A stretch of 64,000 nt of DNA from positions 62,001 to 126,000 of the forward strand of contig JASANG010001546.1 in assembly GCA_030248215.1 (NCBI GenBank), read 5' to 3'. The notes under the pieces are model-generated. The model was given only the letters and a program-made list of their open reading frames with translations, was not told the origin of the DNA and did not search any database. The position numbers were made by a program, and so were the translations under genes. Shown here piece by piece: positions 1 through 12,457 of this stretch; the first letter of the stretch is position 1, and each line of letters begins with the position of its first letter. Origin of the DNA: Enoplolaimus lenunculus (taxonomy: Eukaryota).

Positions 1-215
1 AAATCTGCCTTCGATGACTTATTTTCGGCGATGGTCAAGGTTTGTATACAATACGAATATGACATCTATTTAATTTTTATCGTCATTTTTTAGTAAAATA
101 CCTTAATTTCCACCGACCAAATTTTAATACCGCAATTTTTAATTTCAGTAAAAATTTACCGGAACCGAAACCGGGATGTGGAAACTGCCGGATCCGGTAT
201 TCCGGTTGCACCCTG
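1..215. mobile_element. Partial CAGGG-ended (hAT-like) MITE, family D1; runs off window start
   Basis: Ends in CCGGTTGCACCCTG; body similar to 12090-12457 and, inverted, to 6024-6376 and 25515-25806. Confidence 0.7.
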
Positions 216-1435
216 CGCACTCGTTTGCGGATTTGTTTATATTTTGATCAAATTAAGCATGCTCTAAGATACTGTTGTAAGTTGTAACGGACTGAATAAA
301 TTAGCTGATTTTTTGCTTTTTCGAGAGTTAATTAATGTCGACGATTTACCAGCAATAAAGTTTTTACGAGTATTCATTTTGGTAATGCTTTAAAATTGTC
401 AAAAAGTATAACGCCACCGTATATAAATAATTTTTAAATTTCGCTAACCGGTGTTATACACTTATTTCCGGCCGCACTGTCATTTATTTAATACTATTTT
501 TATTAATACTCCGTTATTTTAAATTATATTCCTGGAAAAAAATGGTTTGTGTCGTTCCGGTTACATCCGCTACGTTCAACCGGTAAATTGGCCCCGGACG
601 TATGTATCCTATATATATTTTAATATGTATATTTGTATCTCCATGTATTCAAATATTTCAGTGTTAGATATTTATTTGAAATAAATTCTACTTAACGCCT
701 GTGGCATTTTGATTAAGTCATTAAAGTTAGCAGCAGCAAGCAGCCTGTTCGGCCTCAAAATCTACTTAACTACTATAAGTACGACGTGTAATGCCTGGGT
801 TGTTGTAAAGGTATAAGCAAGCAAGTATGATTAGGCGAAAGTTCAAACCTAATAATAATAATAATAATATTAAACCGCTTTCAGGCAATCTTCTATAAAT
901 TCAAACAAAATATATATACTACTTTTATACGCAAAATTATTGTCAAAATATGGCAAATTTACTTGTAAAATAGGTATATTTGTAGTAGTAGTAGTAGTAG
1001 GTACCCGAGAAGACTACTCGATAGCGAGGTTAACGTAGCTTCGACGATGCTCGTTAATTCGTTGCTAAAATGAATTTAGCAAATAATTTTTCAGTTGCTT
1101 TCTCTCGAAATTAAAATGTTTTCAACGAACGAAACGATTCGAAGGAATTTATTTGTGTCTCTCGGCACAAACTTGACCGGTTGATAATTTAGTTTTACGA
1201 ATTAGCGCAGTTGTTTTGTTGTGAGTTTAGGAATAAAAGATTGTATATTTATTTTATAATAACATTATAATTTTTATAATTTTATATTTTCTCAATAATA
1301 TGTACGCGTTTTTGTTGTACGTGTTTAATTTGTTTTGAGTAATTGCTTAAAGTAGAAAATATACCTATATACTACGTATTGCTAGAAGCCAGGGGCAGAG
1401 CTTAAATTTTAATTTGAAACACTATAGCTATAATG

Positions 1436-1775
1436 CAGGGTTCCAACAGTATTCGGATTCCGGCTAAAATTCCGATAAAATTTGGGTTCCGGTTCCGACT
1501 GACGGCTATTCTGATGCCGGAATTGCGGAATTCTTGGTTATAATTTTTAAAGGTGATTGAAGTTTACGGGAACGCGAATTATTGCGCTGATTATACCAAA
1601 TGTGAATGCCTATATATAACCAATTTTTACCGAACTACGAACAAAAGTCATACTGTTTACTTTTGAATAGAATTACTGAAACTTAAATTCATATTCCGAT
1701 TCCGGTTCCGGTTCCGCCAGAAAAATATGATTCCGATTCCGCTTCCGACAAAATAAACGTCCGATTGGAACCCTG
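1436..1775. mobile_element. hAT-like MITE with TTCCGR internal repeats
   Basis: TIRs CAGGGTTCCAA / TTGGAACCCTG; perfect 8-bp TSD CTATAATG on both sides. Confidence 0.9.
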
Positions 1776-2350
1776 CTATAATGTTATGTGAAAATTATTC
1801 TTGAGTTCAACGACAAATTGAAAATATTTTGTATTACCTGTGAAAAGTGTTATTTTTTCTTCAACAATTTCGATATGGGATAAATCTCTTGTATATTTCG
1901 CTGCTAGAATCAATAGTGGATGGTCACTCTTTCTTTGGCAACAAGAGTACGTATGCAACTGGGTACATTCAGTGTGGGAAACAAAATACTCGGTGCCCAA
2001 TTTATGGGGGGGTGCGAGGCGGCATAAACTTCTTTGTAATGAAGAAAATACGTTAAGTTTGATCGGTAACTAAAATTCTTTGGTTATGTACTCTTAAGCT
2101 TTTCATTTTCTTCATTTTTAAATAAAATATTTGGTAGGAAGCAACTTTTTAGTAAAGTTGCACATATTCTTGGTCAAAGAATTATTGGCTGGATTACTGA
2201 AACCCTACTTGTATAACGAACGATGGATCACTTGGTACTTAAGTACGTACTAAGCAATTACTTAGCCATTTTGTCGTTTTTTTAAAAACGTACACTAACC
2301 TTGGTCTAATATGAAATTGCAGACTGGTCGTTTTTGGTTACTAAATTATA

Positions 2351-2937
2351 AGGGTGGCGCTATACTTTTGATGACGTCCGACGTCGTCCATCACCCGTAC
2401 GGCGCCGTCCGTCGTCGTGCGTTACGGGGCCGTATCGTAATTACAAGGATGCATTCGGTGAATCATTAAATAATTTGTAAAATACAGCCATTTTATTTCA
2501 CCGAATAAAATTCAATTTAAACAAGAAATATATTTTTTAAAATTTCAAAATAATTTAAGCATAATCTACAGCTTAGCTTAGTTTATAGTCTGCAAAGCCA
2601 ATTTAATACAGCTACAATAGGTTTAATCTTTAATATCGAGTTTGTTGTAATCTTTTTAGGGAACAGAAGCGATAAATCAGCCATCAGAATTTCATAGACA
2701 TTAGCTGCCCAGAAGTAGTGGTAGCGCTATATTTTTGATGATGTCCGGCGGCGTCACGTACCATACCCCATCGTGAAGCACGGTGCTGCCGTACGGGTGA
2801 CGGATGGCGCCCGTACGGATGATGGACGGCGCCGTATGGGTGATGGACCTCGCCGTACGGGTGATGGACCTCGCCGTACGGGTGATGGACGGTGCCGAAC
2901 AGGTGACGGACGTCGCCGAAAAGCATAGCGCAATCCT
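2351..2937. mobile_element. MITE with 19-bp TIRs and subterminal 21-bp GC-rich tandem repeats
   Basis: AGGGTGGCGCTATACTTTT vs AAAAGCATAGCGCAATCCT (imperfect IR); about 6 copies of GCCGTACGGGTGATGGAC at 2787-2915 with inverted copies at about 2375-2430; no clear TSD. Confidence 0.7.
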
Positions 2938-3002
2938 TTGGGTTAAATCGTTCTATAATGCGCCGTTCACAATAATTTTATCAATAATGCCACAAAATAT
3001 AC

Positions 3003-3137
3003 TATAGCCCACGATTATCTCGAGGTCATTTTCAAAACGAGTACGTGATAGCCCTGAGAAATAAGAGATTTCTCTTATAGCACAGGGCTATGACGTGTCA
3101 GCGCCTTCCGCGAAACTCGTGATAGCCCTGGGCTATA
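3003..3137. mobile_element. Small palindromic (foldback) element
   Basis: TATAGCCCACGATTATCTCGAG vs CTCGTGATAGCCCTGGGCTATA inverted, plus inner IR GATAGCCCTG / CAGGGCTATG. Confidence 0.6.
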
Positions 3138-3801
3138 ACAAAATTACACCTTTGTATATACCTATATTTATATTCATAGGTACAACTTAATCTACTGAAA
3201 AGTTATTGTGAACTTTTTCCGATGCTAAAAGTTTTTGTTGGTATTTGACACTGAAATTTTCAACTTTCGTACGTCAAAAGCGATTTGTGCATCAAATTTG
3301 TTCAGCGGAAATCTTTCTTTGATTCATTTAGTGATAAAGTTTAATTTTTTGAAATCGTAAATACATTATTATACATACTTTCCTATGGATTAATAAAATT
3401 TCAATTATTGTGTACCATAAGCCATTCAAAAATGCCGGAACCGGAATTCCGGTTGCACCCTGGCCGACATATATATTTTTTTATCTGCCAGATATCTTTG
3501 TTAATTTAGTGTTAAAGTTTAATTTTTCTAAAGCATAAATACAGTACCGGAGCATACAGGAATGTGGCTCACTCAAAGTTCCAGGGTGGGGGCCGCCAAC
3601 CTCGCGAGCGACAAGCCAGACGCATTTTAAAACTAAGCGGTTTGTGTTTCAACCGGTTAGAGCGGGGCGTGTTTAGGGGTGGGCGGCTCCCAAATGGGGC
3701 TATCAGGGGATTCTTGGATTGTGGTTTGGTTAATTTAGGACACACATGATTGGTAACTTTTTCCCTTGAAACTAATGGAATTAGCCAGCCGTAGAGTATA
3801 T

Positions 3802-4018
3802 GGCCCATGTTACTTTAAGGGGCGCGTCCAAGTTTCTGGCGGGTCTATAAAAGAGTAGGTGTACATTCTAGATTACATTTTTTGCTTAGGTTTAGGCTTA
3901 GGTTGAGGAACACATTTTTGCAACGCTTAGGCTTTGGCTTAGGAACGCATTTTTGCAACGCTTATGCTTATGAATACATTTAGTCTGCTGTTTTACGCCC
4001 CCGAAAGTAACATTGGCC
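3802..4018 (+). mobile_element. GG-ended MITE family A with internal TTAGGC repeats
   Basis: TIRs GGCCCATGTTACTTT / AAAGTAACATTGGCC; 8-bp TSD GAGTATAT / GAGAATAT (7/8). Confidence 0.9.
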
Positions 4019-5075
4019 GAGAATATATATGATAGAGGTCAGGTACGCTTAGCTTGGTTCTATAGTCGTTGTTGTTGTTTTTAGAATTAAATTCTAACAA
4101 TTATTTGGGCTATGGCTGGTCTATGATGTATTAGACAAAATACCTCAATCAGGTTAATTTGAATCAGCTCTTTGGCGAGCGTTTTGATGATATGTTGTCA
4201 ATGATTAATTAAAACTTTGTGAAAAGTTTAGAGGTTCAATTAACATTGTTTTTGGGTTTCTAAATTTCGTTAATGTATACAATACATATTATCATTGTAT
4301 TGTGTTTATTTGTTTATAATATATTAATTTATTATTTTTGTTTAAATTAATTTAAGTATATATATTGTTGGAAGTTTCATGTTTGACTCAACCCTACAAT
4401 TCTTAATAACGGCTCGCTGTTCGCCTGCGGGTGGAAATTTGATTGTTTGAGCCGCTCGCTCGGGGTGGAAGCTGCTGGCCGTAGGAATTTGGTCGTGTGT
4501 TTTTAGGCGGTAGCTTATGCCTAATTTGTGATTGGCTTATGATCGGCTGGTGCTATGTGATTGAATATGATTGGTTGGTCTGTGAACGATGCATTCATCA
4601 CTGAGCTTCGACTTTTTATTAAATTTGCGTAACAACAGTACTATGGAATAGGCTCCAGGATCGGATTCGGTGGGTTGACTGGATGGTCGTAGAGACACCT
4701 GCTTTTGAGCTAAGCGGTTTTGTGACATATATAAAGTGGAAAAATGCTTATAGTTGGACGGCATCCGTTGATTTGACTAATGGATCAGTCCGCAATGTAA
4801 CATTTGTTGTATTGTTTTTCAGTTTGTTCTGATGTATATATTTTAATCTGTGAACCCCTGTTGAAATTATTTTTGGTACCGCCCTTAATATATATATGTA
4901 TATATGTATATATGTATATATTGTTTCATAATTTTTAATTAATAAGTTATCTATACAGGGTACATGTTTCAGATTTGCTTTGTGAAGTAAATATAACATA
5001 AGTTCGCTTTAACGCCCTAATTTGTCGTCGTAGTCTTTGCAAGAACCATCCAATCACATTGTGCGTGGAAGAAAC

Positions 5076-5375
5076 CAGAGGCTGATCCAAAACTTTCTGA
5101 CGGGGGAGCGAGCCTGCAAATGTTACGAAATGCAAATATTGTAAGGTAGGGACCTCATCATTTCATCACCAAAAAATTTTCCGAGGGCGCAAAATTGTAA
5201 GGCAGGGAACTTACCATTTTAACACAAAAAGTTCTGCGGGAAAAAATTGTTGTTTTTTACAAACAATTTATTGCGGTGAAACATCGTAAGGTTGGGAACT
5301 TACTATTTTAACAAAAATTATTTCTGATGGGAGCGTACGCTACCCCCGCCCGTTCGCCCTCGGGATCCGCTAGTG
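5076..5375. mobile_element. hAT-like MITE with internal TTGTAAGG repeats
   Basis: Ends CAGAGGCTGATCC / GGATCCGCTAGTG; TSD GAAGAAAC / GAAGAAAG (7/8); related decayed copy at about 26465-26735. Confidence 0.75.
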
Positions 5376-6023
5376 GAAGAAAGTCAGGATTTCGAATTTC
5401 GTGAGCTGGAAAGACAAATTTTGCAAATATATGGTTAAACCAACTCGACCGCACAGGCGGTGTTAAACGTGTATCAGGGTTAATTTATGAACAAATTCGA
5501 AGAGTTCTGAATAACAGTGCAGTTGCACTCGTGGGATTCGTTTCAGCGCAGTTTTTAGATTTGTGACGAAAACTTTAATTGTGATTTTGAAATGTTTTTA
5601 AACTTTATTTTTTGTGAAATGATTTGATTACAAAAACAATAACTTGCGTCATTTGGCTACAAATTAAAGTTAATATCAATACCCTGTTGGCAGAGTTGAT
5701 ATGTATGGTTTACTTAAATCTCAAATGGTATTTGTTTGTATGCTTCAATGCAAATACTGCTAATCAACTTCAAAAAAGATTAATATCAACACAATTTTGA
5801 GTAAATTGAATAATTGTGATTAATTTCGCAATTAAAATATTAACTTTTCAGATTTAGCATATTTGTATATTTTGTTTGAAATTTATTTATTTATTTACTT
5901 ATTTATTTATTTATTTATTTAATTATTAACATATTTATTTGTTTATTAACTTATTTATTTATTTATATATTTATTTAATTCATCAAAGAAAACGCTTGGC
6001 TAAACATTAATTCAATTATATAT

Positions 6024-6376
6024 CAGGGTGCAGCCGGAATTCCATTTCCGGCATTCTTTCACGTTCCGATTCCGGTAAAGTTTTAACAGGAATTAAAAAT
6101 TCTGGTATTCAATTTTGGTTTGTGGAAATTAACATATTTTACTAACAAAATACGATAAAAATTAAATAGATTTCATTCGTATAGTATTTATATATAAACA
6201 TTGACGCTCACCGAAAATAAACTATCGAAAATAGGCATCGCTTCCATGGATTATAAATAAAACACAACAGATAAAGTGAATACCTATCTCCGACTAAAGA
6301 TTATTTCACCAGTAATACGGCAAAAAATAAAATGAATTTTCCGTTGGCATGTATATTTCATTTCCCGGTTCCGGTG
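6024..6376. mobile_element. hAT-like MITE family D1, one end lost
   Basis: Starts CAGGGTGCAGCCGGAATTCC; body similar to 25515-25806 and to the reverse complement of 12090-12457. Confidence 0.7.
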
Positions 6377-6640
6377 TAGCATGTAACATTAACTCCCGTG
6401 AAAATTAATACCCGCAGTGAATATTATATAATTTGGACTCACAAAGTTACGGTTCAAATCGCCGAATGAGACTGTCTTACAGCGGTAGGGATGCATGTAT
6501 ATTTAATAATCTTGACAAATACATTACGTATCCCACAAAGATAAATTTTTTCTCGTTTATTTTCAAAATGAAATAACTGCGCTCTGTTGATTATTGAAAT
6601 CATAAATACGTAGGAAACTCAAAGTATATAAATTGACTAT

Positions 6641-6949
6641 GATGAATTTCGTTTGTGTCTAGGATTTGTGTTTAGAAAAATATTAAATTACCGTGTACTA
6701 ATTAAGACTTTGAAAATTTTCAATTTAATACTCCATTGTTTCGTTAGTTTTGGTAAAACGGAAGTTCGGCGCGGATAGCGTAACACCGAAAAAATAGAAT
6801 GAAACTAACGAAACAATGAAATATTAAATGAAAATTTTTCTAAGTCTTAATTATCACCGGGTAAATTAATATTTTTCTAAGTCTTAATTATCACCGGGTA
6901 AATTAATATTTTTCTAAACACAAATCTTTAGAGATAAACGAAATTCATC
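6641..6949. mobile_element. Foldback element with about 110-bp inverted arms
   Basis: GATGAATTTCGTTT...TTGTTTCGTTAGTTT (6641-6750) inverted at 6801-6949; the right arm has a ~37-bp tandem duplication. Confidence 0.75.
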
Positions 6950-6978
6950 GTTTGACTTGAATAAGTAAGTGTAATATC

Positions 6979-7325
6979 CAGGGTGGCACCGAATCCACGA
7001 TTTGAACGAATCCAAATCCATTGCTAATTTGCCGAATCCGAATCTTTGATCATACAAATTTCGGATATATCTATAATTTATTTCACAATATCAACGTAAT
7101 GCCGGCAGCATAACTTTTAATCGTCGATATATTTCGTGCCCGATCTCAGTTTTGAGATTTATGATTTGAAACAAAAAATATTAATTTATATAACAAAACT
7201 TATTTAAAATTTGTATTGTTGAAAAATGAAAAAAACATATTGCCGAACATTGTTGGATTCGACTTTTTCACAACCGAATCCGAACCGCAAATTTTTGCCG
7301 GATTCGAATCTTTGTTACCACCCTG
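6979..7325. mobile_element. CAGGG-ended MITE with CCGAAT repeats
   Basis: CAGGGTGG / CCACCCTG termini; internal GAATCC/GGATTC motifs; TSD not clean. Confidence 0.65.
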
Positions 7326-7696
7326 GCTAATACGACCCTGGCCACTTCAATATGCAAAGAATGCATTGAGAATATCTGGAGACGTGTGACAGTATTGCAC
7401 TTGACTTTGATACACAACTGAGTCTAAAAGTTTTCTGGCCTTCACAATGATTTGAGCTTAATCTCGACTTTATGTATTGTGGAAAAAACCTATTGTTTGG
7501 CTGGTTGCGAAAATGACAAAATCGAAATACGGTTGAATATAAACTGAACGAACGAACGCTCATTATTAACGCAGAGTGCGATATAATTTTAATTGGCAGT
7601 TTATAAAATGTCAAATATGTAGGGTATATATCATTATACAATAGGTTAATATTTATGTTTACTTTTGTCTAAATAGTTTAGGAAAATTATAGAGTT

Positions 7697-7755
<59 letters not shown>
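7697..7755. repeat. (TA)n microsatellite, left flank of the retroelement
   Basis: Direct reading; a degenerate TA tract resumes at 11018-11047. Confidence 0.95.
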
Positions 7756-7758
<3 letters not shown>

Positions 7759-10700
7759 CAGAAAACTGTACACTAAATAATCAAAAGGTAGATTTCAAAG
7801 TCACCTTTATGAAAAGCAGCATTAGCGTTATTTAAATATTTTAAAAGAATAGGTAATCAGTATAAAGCACAGTTATAACAAAAGTATGCAATACGCACCC
7901 TTGCTGTAACGACTTTGACGGTATACTGCCTGAAAACTAAACTTACTCACATTATAACCTAGCTAGTATTCACTTAGTTGTGCTTTACTGGTTAGTGCCA
8001 CATATAATCTCTGTTTTTTGGGTATTTTCACTGTTTGTTTTGTTTGACCGGAACTGAGCACAATGCAAACCAGAGAAAGTAATGATTCCGGTACAAAAGA
8101 ACCGCAATCGTCGTACGATAACACACCTCTACCCCAGGCTTCCTTTGCGGCCACGGCAAAAATGGCCCTGAAAACAGTAGAGAAACTAATTTTCGTACTG
8201 TTTGGCCCCTGTCTCTTGCAAAGCATCAGAAGTAGACACGGCAACGAAACCCTACAGTTATTCAGACAATGGCTGAATAACACTGTCAAAATAATGAAGG
8301 CAATAGAAGATATCGCCTTCGTGGAGAAATGTATAGACTTATCCCTGACACCTACGTTCCTCAGGATGAGGAACCCGGTTATTAAAAGGAATATTGCTGA
8401 CCAGAGAAATGTCCAATTTTCAATTTTAAAAAATGAAATTCAGGTTAAAAAAAGGAAAGTTCACAACCTGAGCAAAAGCACTTCTAACATTGTACAACAT
8501 ATCCAAGACAAATTACCTTATCTTGAAAAATTCGCATTAAGTTCGTATATCAAGTGGATTGTCGAATTTAAACGAGTCAAGATCAGGAACACACACGAAA
8601 AGAAAATTGGTAACCTGTCACTCAGATCAAATAAAGCATACGGTAAGCTCGATTTATCTAATGTTGTTAAAAATATTTCGAACCGGATACTAACGGATCA
8701 TGAACATGCTGCATTGTGCCTCGGACCGAATTTTATTCCTTCAAGTAGTAAAGTAGATGTTGACAGACTGGTGATGGAATGTGAGCTGTTTGCGAATAAC
8801 TTGCAAAAAACGTCAAGCCAAGCGAGCCTTCAGTACGACTTCTGCTCGGAGTTCAGGAGAGAAATTGATACCGCTATTAGCAATCTAAACAGGTTTCCAA
8901 GTCCACCTAACTTACCCAGCACATGGAAAAATGCACTTGTGGATTTATCCAAGGATAAATCAATCATAGTTGCGAAGCCCGATAAAGGCAACGGGCTAGT
9001 AGTCATGAACCGCCAGGACTACAACCAAAAAATGGAAACTATGCTAGACAACCCTGAAGTTTTCAAGAAAATTTCTGACAATCTTGAAAACTTGTATAAA
9101 ATCACAGCTAACTTCGAGGACCTAATTAGGTCCTACACAATTGAATGCGTTAAACGCAAAGCTATTTCAACTGAAATAGCAAAAAATCTAAACCCCTCGG
9201 GGTCTAGATTACCGATCCTTTATGGACTCCCAAAAGTCCATAAACAAAACACCCCAATTAGACCTATAATGTCCGCAATTAACTCTGCGTGCCACCCGTT
9301 GGCACAATTCATTGACAAAATTATTAAGCCGCTCGGCAGTGGTGAATACACAACTGAATCTTCTTTTAATTTTGTTAAAGAAATAACACAATTAAATCTT
9401 AAAAATAGATTCATGGTATCATATGACGTAACATCACTGTTCACAAATATACCAATCTTGGAAACGCTGCAAATCGTTGAAACTGCGGTTAATGGCGGAC
9501 TAATCTCGACTGAATTACCTGTGGATTTAACATTGAAGGCCATCAAGTTATGCACATTGAATTTAAAGTTTGCGTTTAACGGATGTATCTTTTCACAACA
9601 TGATGGAGTAGCGATGGGGTCGCCGCTCGGGCCCATACTGGCGAACATTTTCATGGTAAATTTTGAATCTAAAGCACTAGCGGACTGCCCCCAAAAATTC
9701 AAACCGTCATTCTACAGAAGATATGTAGATGACACTTTTGTAGTGTTCAAGCATGAACACCAAGCAAAACAATTTCTCGAATTTTTGAATACACCACACC
9801 CAAAAATTAAATTTACAATGGAAATGGAGTCAAACAACTCCATTTCGTTTCTAGATATTAAAATTTCTAGAAACACGGATACTGGAGCAGTCACCACCGG
9901 TATCTTTAGGAAACAAACTTTTTCGAACCAAATTCTAAACTTTAACTCCTTCATGCCGCTGAAGTATAAGCGCAATCTAATATCGTGCTTGCTATTTAGG
10001 TGGTTTGAAATTTCGTCTAATGATGCAAGCATTAAACATGAGCTTGGTTTCCTACGCTCCTTATTTAAAACCAATAATTTTCCAGTCAAGGTAATAGAAA
10101 ATTCTTTCAGCAGGTTCCTAGACAAAAAACTAGGCACCCTGACACAGACTAATCCAAACTGTTGCATTAGCCAGAACACGGTTACAGTTACAAACAACGG
10201 TAACAACGAATTCACCGAAAGAATTTTACGTTCTCAGGTCGATAGCTCACAACATAACTGCGCTACGAATTACCATAATAATGCCGAAGAGACGCAGACA
10301 GCCGCAGGCCAAAATGAACATCAGTCCGGTTCAACCTCCACAACAACAACAACGCATGGAGGAAGCTCCGACAGCAACAGCAATTGCTCAAATTCAAATA
10401 GCACAGAGCAATCAGAACCAAAGGTGGGTAAACTCATTTTAAAAATTCCATATTTTGGTTCACATTCAAGTTTTTTAAACAAAAAACTTAGGGAAATTTT
10501 CCATAAATACTATGGAAACATAGAAATTAGAATTGTAACCTACAATCACAGGAAATTGAAATCCTTATTTAATTATAAGGATCAATTTCCGGAACTTTTG
10601 AGCTCACATGTGGTGTACAAATTCACATGTTCCAACTGTCAGTTGGATTATGTTGGTTCAACGAACCGACAACTTTACAAACGCATATGTGAGCACAAAA

Positions 10701-11017
10701 GGGTATCGGACCGCACATTACTTGAAACAACCGCTAGCACATTGCATAAATCAGCCATAGCTGAGCACAGTAATAATTCCGGACACAATTGTAATTTTTC
10801 GGATTTTTCAGTAATTTCACGATTGCCACAACAGTCGAGTAATTCAAATAATCCAAAATAACTGGCACAACAACTTCGGTTTGAGCATCCTGGAATCCCT
10901 GAAAATAAAGAAACTTAAACCTAAGCTAAATATACAGAGCAATGGATATCAATTTAAAATATTTAAATAACGCTAATGCTGCTTTTCATAAAGGTGACTT
11001 TGAAATCTACCTTTTGA
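7756..11017 (+). mobile_element. Penelope-like retrotransposon (EN+ PLE) with inverted terminal repeat
   Basis: Single RT plus GIY-YIG ORF; 7781-7845 is the exact reverse complement of 10953-11017; flanked by TA tracts. Confidence 0.93.
8063..10970 (+). CDS. PLE polyprotein: reverse transcriptase plus GIY-YIG endonuclease; frameshifted near 10855 (ORF 8063-10861, C-terminus continues in the +1 frame to 10970)
   Basis: Motifs KPDKGNG, YGLPKVHK, PIRPI, SYDVTSLFTNIP, GVAMGSPLGP, YRRYVDD, FLDI; endonuclease VVYKFTCSNC..YVGST.R.L..RI.EH and SAIAEH; +1 frame gives LSILESLKIKKLKPKLN. The start could be ATG 8063 or 8162. Confidence 0.93.
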
Positions 11018-11148
11018 ATATATATGTATATGTATATGTATATATACGTAAATAGTTATATGAAACCTGATGTTAGAGAACAGGTGAATTATTAGGTTTC
11101 AAATTGAGTTCATTGCGCGGATTTCATATACCGACACTCGGTATATAG

Positions 11149-11586
11149 CAGAGTGCAATCGGAATTCCGATTCGGATTAGAATTCCGATTTAAAACGAGT
11201 TCCGATTCCGATTGCAGAATCAATTGGAATCGGAATTTCCACATTTCAATTTTAGGCCTACTTGTTGTGATATGTTGTATAAAATCCAGTATCATTTATC
11301 TATTAAATTGTTTTCGATAAGTTAACTTTTCGATAATTGATTGCAGTGTAGCTTTACAGAGCCAAAAAATGATTGCCAACTTCATGTGACGTTTTTGAGA
11401 ATTGTTGCCAGACAGCAGACACCCTAAATCAATATTTTCCTTGTTAATACAAATAATCCGTATAGCCGCAAATGTTGTAGTTCCGATTCCGATTCCTTAT
11501 AAATTTGCTGTTCCGATTCTGATTCCGATTCCGGTATAAATTTGCTGTTCCGATTCCGGTATAATCCAGTTCCACTTTGCACCGTG
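11149..11586 (+). mobile_element. hAT-like MITE family D2 with TTCCGA repeats
   Basis: CAGAGTGCAA / TTGCACCGTG termini; perfect 8-bp TSD GTATATAG; colinear with 28731-29155. Confidence 0.9.
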
Positions 11587-12089
11587 GTATATAGTTTGTT
11601 TAGTTGTAGGCTTGTGTTGTTCACGTATCTATATATATTTAGTATATATCAGTTAGTAGTTATTATCTGCTATTATTGTTATTTTAAACTCAAGCATACT
11701 TGAAAATTGAAAGCCACACCCATCGTATCTTTGTCTGCTCTCCTCCGGGGCTCTGGCTTCTGTCTCCTATCATTAAATAAGGTCAGCGTCGAAATTAATA
11801 GTTATTCAAGTTTTGAAATGTTGCTATTGTCAACGGAGAAACCTATATATTTTGTTGCAATAATATTGTTGCAAAAGGCAGGTAGGTTCGTAATATTTAC
11901 AGAGTGTTGGAAACTAAAACGGGACTGACGTATAGATTTAGCGATAAATTATTATTCGCCACAGGGGCGGTGGTATTAATCAGGACCAGCTGATACGTCA
12001 ATTTAGTTGGCTGAATTTTAATTTGCAGGCAACAGAAATGCGAATTTGGAAATATTTAATAAACGTCAAATCGTAGTGATTTGAGTTGA

Positions 12090-12457
12090 AAGTAACCGGA
12101 ATTACAATTTAGCGGAACCGGAACTGGAGCCGGGAAATGAAAAATATATGCCGCTGAAAAATTGCATTTTTATTTATTTGCAGTATTATTGGTGAAATAA
12201 CCACAGTTGAAGATAGGCATTCACTTTATTTGGTGTATTTTCGATTTTTATAATCCACACAAGTGAAATCTACCTTCAATGGTTTATTTTCGGCGATCGG
12301 CAAGGTTTACATACTATACTAAATGAAACGTATTTAATTAATATCGTCATTTTTAGTAAAATACCTTAGTTTGCATTGACCAAAATTTGACATTTACCGG
12401 AACCACCGGAAGGTGAAAAAAAATGCCGGAACGGGAACCTGAATTCTGGTTGTACCC
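12090..12457. mobile_element. hAT-like MITE family D1, decayed
   Basis: Colinear similarity to 1-215; ends GGTTGTACCC. Confidence 0.65.

Noticed and set aside
2684..3007. ORFs with VHHPYGE / MDLAVRV repeats
   Set aside because: Translation of the 21-bp subterminal repeats of a MITE
8047..8092. Possible hammerhead ribozyme (ACCGGAA-CTGAGCA...GAAA...TTCCGGT)
   Set aside because: Core is CTGAGCA rather than CTGANGA, and there is no stem II or valid stem III/cleavage triplet
7963..10215. Antisense ORFs overlapping the PLE ORF
   Set aside because: Shadow frames of a long coding sequence with no motifs
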